Shown in pieces: positions 55,682 through 64,000 of a stretch of 64,000 nt of DNA. How positions within the stretch are numbered: the stretch's first letter is position 1; each line of letters starts with the position of its first letter. A model generated the notes under the pieces. That model had not been told where the DNA came from. It saw nothing but the letters and a program-made list of their open reading frames with translations, and did not search any database. The stretch spans positions 34,906,001-34,970,000 of the forward strand of contig JANJGN010000017.1 of NCBI GenBank assembly GCA_026770705.1, in the 5' to 3' direction. The stretch is from Isurus oxyrinchus (Eukaryota). Both the position numbers and the translations under genes were made by a program.

Positions 55682-56196
55682 GGGCTAGATTACGCTCCCC
55701 TCCAGGATGTTTGAAGGTGGGGGGCAGGGTGTGGCCTTCCCACCCACCCTTGGGCCAACTGAGGCAATAAATGGCCACTGAAGTGCCTCATCTCATCTCC
55801 CCAGATATTTTTCCCAGGGCAAGGGGAGGCCCACAACAAGCAGGTAGCCTGGTAGCTTCTACAGGGTGAACTGGTGTCAGACAAGGGTGGGGGAGTTCCT
55901 TCAGGGGTTCCCTGAGCTCATTGGAGGCACCCACCCTTCCCAAATCACCCCATGCATTCCTCTCAAACCAGGCCTCCCACTCCCCTCAACCCATTTGCTG
56001 GGGCGTGCCAGCTGGGCCCTACCAATACCTCAGACTTACCTTCAATCTGCCTTCATAACCGCCTCTTCTTTGGGAGTTGGTTGTAGTCCCAGCAGTGTCC
56101 ATCATTTAAACCTGGCTCTGCTGGACTACAGAGCTGCCAGCTAAAGTGGGTCTTGCTCCTCAGATGGAGAACATGACACCCTGCAAAATCCAGCCC
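55682..56196. mobile_element. MITE-like element with Harbinger-type TIRs
   Basis: GGGCTAGATT ... AATCCAGCCC (9/10 inverted match), GC-rich interior. Confidence 0.55.
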
Positions 56197-56229
56197 ATTA
56201 TAATAAAAATATCTATTTTGATGCCTCAA

Positions 56230-57130
56230 TCTTTACAAACTATTGCTTTATGTATAGCCTCCCCCTTTCTCGCCAAAGTCTTTTAATGCATACTTGCCAC
56301 CAACTCCATGCTTTTTGCCCTCTCTCACTAGATCCTGTTTCTGCAATTCAAATCATGACCAAGCCACAGTAGAAAGTAATCATGGCAAAATCATCAGTCA
56401 TATACTTGTTGATTGATGTAATATATTATGCCATTCATCCCTCCTAATGTTTTCACCTCCTCAAACACACTAACCATTCCATTCTCCACTACCACCTCAC
56501 TTCTGTCATCTACCTCAATGACTCTACTCTCTTCTGTCATATCTGTGCTAGTCTAGTCACAAAATCTCCTTGAACAGTTTCTTCTCATCTATCCAAACAG
56601 GTATCTCCAACTTGGACCTGTGCTCCATTCTCAAGTCCCTGCAAGCTGCAGGCTACCCCTTCACAATATCAACTATAGACATCTGGCTCAGCTTTTACAG
56701 TTATGTCAATTCTATTTCTCTGTAACCACTGTCTTAAGGGCATTTGTGCAGTTAGGCTGCCTATCCAACAACAAGTGATAGCTAAGTCGAAACTTCCTAT
56801 GGATTAAAGTCAACAAAACTGAGCCATCTTTCACAGATCTTACAGCGCCCATTTTCTTATAGTTCTGACTCCACTAGGCTACTTGCTCAGGCTAAATCTG
56901 GTGCTGAGGATCCTCATCATTTAATAGGATCAAGCTGATTTTTCTTCCCTGCACCTGATCTATCAAGATTACATTTTCTTACCTTTAAATATAATGTATT
57001 TATACCTTTTATCTTATGCTGACCTCTCTGGTGCTCCTATTCTGTTGCCTTATGGCTTATTCCTTCTCCAAACCACATCACTTAAAAATAGTCATTGTAC
57101 CTGCTCCTGAGGATACCAATTGGCCTAGTC
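56230..57130 (+). mobile_element. Highly decayed L2-like LINE
   Basis: C/T-rich, fragmentary L2-like composition; no intact motif. Confidence 0.35.
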
Positions 57131-57374
57131 TAATCTTATTTGCACAAAGATTCACAGTTCCAGGTGCTGGCTTTAGAAATAATAACACTGGTAAGCAATG
57201 AAAATTGCACGCATGACAAGTTTAAAGTGGGGGGGACTTCTGTTTTTGCACTGAATGGAACAGGTACCAGTGATGCAGGAGCAGAACCTCCCAACGCAGC
57301 ATTTGGAAGCCCGGAATGACTTTTGGGTTCAAATCTCATTAATCTTTTGCTGGTGAGCTACAGGCAGCTGGCTG

Positions 57375-57764
57375 GTTTCTGCGTGATGCACTGCAGAAAC
57401 TCACCAAGCCTCCTTGGAGGGACCTTCCAAGCCCACGGCTGCTACCATCTAGAAGGACAGGGGGCAGATGCATGGGAACTCTGTCACCTGGTAGTTACCC
57501 TCCAGGTCATACACATCCTGACTTGGAAATATAGCGCTGTATCTTTACTGTCGCTGTGTCAAAATCCTGGAACTCCCTCCCTAACAACCAAGTGGGTGTG
57601 CCTGCGCTGCATGGGCTGCAGCGGTTCAAGAGGGCAGCTTGCCACAGCCTTCTTGAGGGCAATTGGCAGTTCGCCACAGCCTTCTCGAGAGCAATTAGGG
57701 ATGGGCAATGGATGCTGGCCTCACCAGCAACACCCACACCTCATGAACGAATTAAAAAAAAAAA
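57375..57764 (+). mobile_element. CR1-like LINE/SINE 3' end with poly(A)
   Basis: SKSWNSLP motif; tail gcaattagggatgggcaatggatgctggcc...atgaacgaattaaaaaaaaaaa. Confidence 0.7.
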
Positions 57765-58141
57765 CCTCTTCATTGAACCAATGTCGTACCCTGGCTTGGA
57801 TGGTAATAGTAGAGTGGGGGGTATGCCAGGCATGAGGTTACAGGTTGTAGTTGAGTACAATTCTGCTGCTGGCCCACAGCGCCTCATAGTTGCCCGGTCT
57901 TGACATTTTAGATCTATTCAAAATCTATCCCATTTAGCATGGTAGACAGTATCCTCAATGTGAAGATGGGACAGTGTTTCCACAAGGATGTGCAGTGGTC
58001 ACTCCTACCGATACTGGCATGGACAGATGCATCTGGAGCAGGCAGATTGGTGAGGGTGAGATCAAGTATGTTTTCTCCTTTACAAAAACAGAATTACCTG
58101 GAAAAACTCAGCAGGTCTGGCAGCATCGGCGGAGAAGAAAA

Positions 58142-58181
58142 GAGTTGACGTTTCGAGTCCTCATGACCCTTCGACAGAACT
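58142..58181 (-). ncRNA. Minimal hammerhead ribozyme-like motif, sense to the MGMT transcript
   Basis: Minus strand AGUU-CUGUCGA-A-GGGUC-AUGAG-GACUC-GAAA-CGUC-AACUC. Confidence 0.65.
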
Positions 58182-58571
58182 TGATTTCGAGTCCAAGAAA
58201 GAGTTGAAATATAAGCTGGTTTAAGGTGTGTGTGTGGGGGGCGGAGAGATAGAGAGAGAGAGAGGTGGTTGTGTAGACAAACAAGCAGTGATAGAAGCAA
58301 ATCATCAAAAGATGTCAGTGACAATGGTACAAAAGAACACATAGGTGTTAAAGTTAAAGTTGGTGATATTATCTAAACGAATGTGCTAATTAAGAATGGA
58401 TGGTAGGGCACTCAAGGTACAGCTCTAGTGGGGGTGGGGGGAGCATAAAAGATTTTAAAATATTTAAAAATAATGGAAATAGGTGGGAAAAGAAAAATCT
58501 ATATAATTTATAGGGAAAAAAAAAAGGGAAAAAGGGGGAAACAGAAAGGGGGTGGGGATGGGGGAGGGAGC

Positions 58572-59017
58572 TCACGACCTAAAGTTGTTGAATTCAATAT
58601 TCAGACCGGAAGGCTGTAAAGTGCCTAGTCGGAAGATGAGGTGTTGTTCCTCCAGTTTGCGTTGGGCTTCACTGGAACAATGCAGCAAGCCAAGGACAGA
58701 CATGTGGGCAAGAGAGCAGGGTGGAGTGTTAAAATGGCAAGCGACAGGGAGGTTTGTGTCATTCTTGCGGACAGACCGCAGGTGTTCTGCAAAGCGGTCG
58801 CCCAGTTTATGTTTGGTCTCTCCAATGTAGAGGAGACCACATTGGGAGCAACGAATGCAGTAGACTAAGTTGGGGGAAATGCAAGTGAAATGCTGCTTCA
58901 CTTGAAAGGAATGTTTGGGCCCTTGGACGGTGAGGAGAGAGGAAGTGAAGGGGCAGGTGTTACACCTTTTGCGTGGGCATGGGGTGGTGCCATAGCAGGG
59001 GGTTGAGGAGTAGGGGG
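58572..59017 (-). pseudogene. Penelope GIY-YIG endonuclease domain (open but 5'-truncated)
   Basis: CPRKRCNTC linker; NLVYCIRCSQCGLLYIGET...RFAEH...VACHF...RKLEEQHLIFRLGTLQPSGLN. Confidence 0.9.
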
Positions 59018-59744
59018 CCAGCCTCCGCATTCAAAGGATCATCCTCCGCCATTTCCGCCAACTCCAGCATGATGCCACCACCAAACACATCTTCCCTTCA
59101 CCCCCCTTATCGGCATTCCGTAGGGATCGCTCCCTCCGGGACACCCTGGTCCACTCCTCCATCACCCCCTCCTCAACCCCCTCCTATGGCACCACCCCAT
59201 GCCCAGGGCATGATCTGTAAGGTATGATTCCTTGTAAATGGCTATGTCAGGTTGTTGCTTGACTATTCTGTGAGACCACTCTCGCAATTTTGGCACATGG
59301 TTATTAAGGAGGACTTTGCCCCGTTGATAGGGCTGAGTTTTTAGTTGTCGCTTCCAGTGCCTAAGTCAATGTCGGGTGGTCCATCTGGTTTCTTTCCTTT
59401 TTATTAGCTTTTTAGCGGTTTGATACAACTGACTGGCTTGGTAGGCCATTTCAGAGGGCACTTTTGGCTCTGGGGTCACATGTAGGCCAGACTAGGTAAG
59501 GACGCCAGATTTCCTTCCCTAAAGAGTTTTTACAACAATCGACAATGATTTCATGGTCATCATTAGACATCGTGGTGTCCAGAGCATTATCCTAGGTCTC
59601 TAGATTACAAATCCAGTGACAATACCACTAAGTCACCGCCTCCCCGAAGAATAAAAGCAATGAAAGGAATGAAAGGCATTGGTGATGAACAAAGGACTAG
59701 ATTTTCAGTGCATGCCTTTATTATTCTAGAATTTACTGATTTTG

Positions 59745-60215
59745 AGAGGCTGGCATGGAGGGATTTTCTTATGAAGAGAGTTTGAGTAGGTTGGGCCTGT
59801 AATCATTGAAGTTTAGAAGAATGAGAGGCAACCTTATGAAACATATTAGATTCTTAGGTGGCTTGACAGGGTAGATGCTGAGAAGTTGTTTCCCCAAGCG
59901 GGAGAGTCTAGGATCAGAGGGCATAATCTCAGAGTTAAGGGGACATCCATTTAAAACAGAGATGTGGAGGAATTTCTTCTCTCAGAGGGTTAGTTAATCT
60001 GTGGAATTCGTTACTGCAAAAGGCTGTAGAAGTTCGGTCATTAAGTAAATTCAAGGCAGCGATAGACAGATTTTTAATCAGTAAGGGAATCAAGGGTTAT
60101 GGGGAAAAGGCAGGAAAGTTGGGTTAAGAGTTATCAGATCAGCCATGATGTCATTGAATGGCGGAGCAGGCTCGATCAGCCGAATGGCCTACTTCTGCTC
60201 CTACATCTTATGGTC
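59745..60215 (+). mobile_element. CR1 LINE 3' end
   Basis: SYEESLSRLGL..LKFRRMRG, RNFFSQR, LWNSL motifs; tail gatcagccatgat...gaatggcctacttctgctcctacatcttatg, same family tail as ~27470-27541. Confidence 0.85.
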
Positions 60216-63200
60216 CTGGTGATGGACAATTGGCCAGCTGTAGTACATAGGTCTTATCTGAATACCTATGGGAGAGGGATATTTTATGTAATTGTTAGTT
60301 TTACAATTGGTTTTATGATAAATTAATTTATATTCATTTGTGTTCTGGTACCTTAAACTACACCATTAAGAAAATCTATCACTGGCTGTGCAAAATATAG
60401 AGAAGTTTACTGTGTCTAAATAAAGGCTACCTGATTAGATTGCAGCTATTTTGCCAACAATTGGCTGTAGTAGCAGAATATGATTTTGAACCGATTGTCA
60501 TGCTGACTATCTTACCACTCAAGAGATCTCAATGCTACAGGGAAGATAAGGTATATTATCAAGTGCCTGTCTGCCTCCATGGTGCTTACCAAGTAGTGAC
60601 TCCCCACTTCATATGCCAGGAAACTTCTCTGAGTCACACCCAAGTCAATCGCATTCATTTCATTTTGAGAATGAGACCAAGTTTGTATTTGTGCCATATT
60701 AGTCAAACGTTCTACTTGCACTTTTTACAACACCCAATAAATTAGCTATTTGTATTTTTAAGCTAGTAACATGGTCACTTTAACTTCTTTGATCTTAGCA
60801 TGCTGCCTAATTTTATCGCTGCTTATTGCCCAATGTGCTTAGCGAGTACCACCTTAAGAATAGTTATAGATCTCAAGGCACTTATTTGTCAATAATTCCG
60901 CCAACTGTTCCATGGAACATGGCTTTTTTTTTTTACCTCTAAAGGAATGACAAAACATGCTTTTAGCAGATTCCAATATTCATCTACTTTGTGCCTTGGA
61001 AATAACCGTAGCATCAGAGAAATAAAATACAAAGATATAAAATAATAATCTTCCATTACATTTTGAGTTATGTAACTATTTTAGGAGCTATGTTAGACTA
61101 AAAATCAATTGAACAACTCAAAGATTTTCAATTTTAGAACTGTATGTCATATATAAAATGGCTACCTTCAGATATATATCATTCTGAACTCAAAATCCTA
61201 ATAATTTAACTGCACTCAACCAGTAATTATGAGCACAAGAACGCTTAGTTATCTAATATATTAGTACTTTGTCATTCATTTTAACAATATGAACAATGTC
61301 AAAATAATCTAAAACACCATTTTTCTCAGATACCTTTGCTGAATGTTTCTATAATCCTGTAATTGTTAAGCAGTTGTACTACAATAAAAACTGTCAATCG
61401 AATAATAGTGTTCATAAACTCCAGACTCAATATTGCAGTTAGAAACCTAGTCTAATTATTACACACAATCTGCTGATTATACAAAATCTGGAACATTGTT
61501 TTTCATCCTAAATAGTAAATGATGTAAAAAAATGCTTGCTGTACCAAATGAAGCATATTAGTGGAACAGATTACACTACTAAGGGATTTTTCAATGATTG
61601 GGTCGAGGATATTGGCTTTCCTCAGTTAAAAAATGCAAATAATACACATTATGCAGCCATAAGGTTCAGCATGCCATCAAATGGGATCAACCATAACATA
61701 CTGATCCCAGGAACACTGTTTACTTTAAAAGTAAGGTTCTTCATACAGAAGCTAAAAAAAACTTTAATACTCCACTGTGGCAAAAAAAATATTTGACTAT
61801 TTATCTCTTCAGCTTGAAAAACATACTACATTCCATTCCAATTCAGCAGTAAGGTAAAATTCCCACTCTCTCAACTTATTCAAGCCAATGAAAGCATAAT
61901 ACTAGCTAGCTACTGAAAAGGATCGCATTTATTAGATTGCAGGAAGGTATAGTTGTACTTATGTATTGTGAAAGACTAGATTTGAATTTTTTTGCCCACA
62001 AAGTTTTTAGAGGTGCTAGTGGATAATGGCATGGTGAGGGCAATGGGATTCCAGAATGTTGGTGAACAGCAGGACAGTGTATCTCCTTAGCCAATTAGGT
62101 TAAGAGATTGAGAAGTAAACAGAGGTATGATGGAGCAATACAGTCAGTGAATTAAACTCAAATTAGGTACAGAAAGATAATTAAGGAGAGAAAAAGAAAG
62201 TTTAGATTGAGAGGAAGGAGACAGAAATGAAAAGATTTTTTAAAAAATTATATTTGACATTTTTATAATCTCTTGAAAAAAAATCACAACTTGAAGGAAT
62301 GAGTCTCCAGTTATAATTGTTTACTTTCTGAGCAAGAGAGTTTGATCAACAATAACTGGCAATTATTACATCATTAAAAGAATGCTTATGCTGATAATTA
62401 CTCAACGTTAATTTCCCATTAAACATACAACAGAAAGTTATGCCGTAACTTCATGAAAATAACAGGATGGTCGAACGTGAGATCCTGTTTTTCATGAAGC
62501 GAATGGTGGTGCAACACAATCATCCAACAACTCTCAGAGATTCATAAATCATAGATATCTCTACCTCGTCACAACTTGTTGGCTTGTTTGTGCAATAAAT
62601 AACAGAATGCATTGTTCAGATTATTTTTTCAGCAATGCCTGTCCAAAGAATAATTCTCACATCTTTACTTAATGATGTCACTTCAATACAATTGTAATGT
62701 ATGGCAGAAGGCACACTAAAAAGTTTCCTGTAATATAAAGCTTTGTGTAATACACTCTTAATCAGACAGTTCTTTTCACACTTAAAATTTTTACTCACTA
62801 TTATTGTTCAAATTTATAATGAGTTTATTTAAGGAGATTCTAGTTACTGTGAATGAGTTTCACTGCTTCTGTTTACAACATTCACATCAATATCTCAGCA
62901 CATTCATTCGAGTTTTGTCATACATTTAAAATGTAAGTACAAATGGTGCCATGCTATTCTAGTGATGGTAATTTTCTTTAAATTCACTTATGACTCAATT
63001 AAAGTTTATAATTCAGCTTTGTTACAAAATGATCAACAAAAAGATTTTTCATTTGTTTTAGTGAATAATCTATGTTGGCTTAAACTTCACTTCGCATACA
63101 AGGAACATAGAGAAGGTGAGGACTCTGACAGCAAAACACAAATTTTTAAGTAATTCACTTATGGCACTCAGATTTCTTCTTTAAAATCTGTTCATTAATT

Positions 63201-63338
63201 CAATGCAAGTTATTGCTTTATTATATGATAAAAGAACATTGTTTTGATCCAATATATTATTACATGGGGGTCTTTTTTTTACATCTGTCGATAATTATAC
63301 TTCATCAAATATATGAAGGCCATTCATAACATACACAC

Positions 63339-63478
63339 CTATCCTTGGGTTCAAAACCGCCCTGGAGCTCAATGGAGTGAATGCCTTCTTCACAGCCAGA
63401 TACTTGTATGGTACCAATAGGACTTTGCAGAGCTGCTGTAACTTGCTTGCAGTGGCTTGTGTTGTTCTTCTTGGCGAC
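63339..63478 (-). CDS. MGMT: Internal coding exon of O6-methylguanine-DNA methyltransferase (equivalent of human exon 2)
   Basis: Minus strand ttgttcatgtag|GTCGCC...AAGGATAG|gtgtgt; 140 nt, phase 0 to 2. Translates VAKKNNTSHCKQVTAALQSPIGTIQVSGCEEGIHSIELQGGFEPKD, matching recalled human [29 protein letters not shown], with Zn ligands at the spacing of Cys5/Cys24/His29 and the same phase-2 exon end. Confidence 0.9.
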
Positions 63479-64000
63479 CTACATGAACAAATAACTGGTC
63501 CTTATAAATGTTTAAACAATTTCCCCCTCCTGTCCTAACATCAGCCAAGTGTTATTTTAAGCTATGTTAGTCCTCTGAGCACTTATGGTTCAATAATTAT
63601 ATTAAAAAATTTGAACAAGCAAATAATGTGGGTAGAAAAACCATTCACTTTGATTTGAATGTTTAGTTTTATACATTTACAATCTTTTTCATGTAATATT
63701 CTTATTTTCTTCTTTTACCTCCCCAATTCTCCTAAGACCATATCCCCCACCTGCTGGTACCCACACCTCTACTTCAACCTAACAACACAGCAATGCTAGA
63801 TGAGGTTGCACTTTCCTCACAAAGCAATAACTGAGTTGTGCCAGATGCTAGCCAGCTGTGGGCAGAGCTCACAAGGGAGACCTTCAGCTAAATGAGTCTT
63901 GCTATCATGGTTCCCCTTTGGCAAGGAACTGAACTCAATTTTTTGCTGACATAGCTCCAGGATTACCACAGCTCACATTCAGGAAAAATTCTGCTACTCC

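Larger units (their letters stand above)
58082..59205 (-). mobile_element. Penelope-like element 3' portion with 5' inversion
   Basis: GIY-YIG ORF plus pLTR on minus; 59018-59205 is upstream PLE coding sequence on the plus strand (LRIQRIILRHFRQLQHD...PLSAFRRDRSLRDTLV). Confidence 0.92.
57765..59645 (-). mobile_element. LINE endonuclease remnant with tRNA-like 5' head, split by the Penelope copy
   Basis: Minus strand: head ggggaggcggtgacttagtggtattgtcactgga (59645 down), HRIVKQQPDIAI/ESYL (~59275-59218), then ILDLTLTNLP...IGRSDH (58070-57995). Confidence 0.65.
1..63338 (-). other. MGMT: Probable large MGMT intron downstream of the exon
   Basis: GT donor at 63338-63337. No segment encoding the next MGMT exon (WLxAYF...HHP) found by eye; MGMT has very long introns in vertebrates. 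Confidence 0.65.

Noticed and set aside
61990-62600. Probable old interspersed repeat (similar-looking pieces near 8800 and 49450)
   Set aside because: Could not define termini or family from sequence alone.
1-64000. CRISPR arrays, operons, rRNA or intact tRNA genes
   Set aside because: Vertebrate intronic DNA; no regularly spaced repeat-spacer array or complete cloverleaf seen.

Overview
Eukaryotic, AT-rich vertebrate DNA. The repeat families look like those of cartilaginous fish (shark, tentatively lamniform; recognised from memory, not searched). The only host coding sequence I can support is one 140-bp minus-strand exon (63339-63478) matching the first large coding exon of MGMT, with the Zn-ligand spacing C-x18-C-x4-H. 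Everything below it (1-63338) is probably one very long MGMT intron; I found no next exon. The intron holds decayed, nested retroelements (Tx1/L1-clade, CR1, RTE, L2, LTR remnants, SINEs), Harbinger-type DNA elements, young Penelope-like elements (PLEs) and repeat-free blocks that look like conserved non-coding elements. Four odd-length N runs lie inside such blocks. Most interesting: (i) PLE terminal repeats with a minimal hammerhead-ribozyme motif whose core is the variant CUGUCGA in all three copies, one sense to the MGMT pre-mRNA; (ii) a 172-bp hairpin mini-element with that core in its loop and a perfect 14-bp TSD; (iii) a templated inversion+duplication in a Tx1 element; (iv) a ~258-bp local duplication; (v) an MGMT exon with no ATG. 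Most ORFs in the supplied track are spurious or transposon-derived. I cannot claim a definitively new system from sequence alone.
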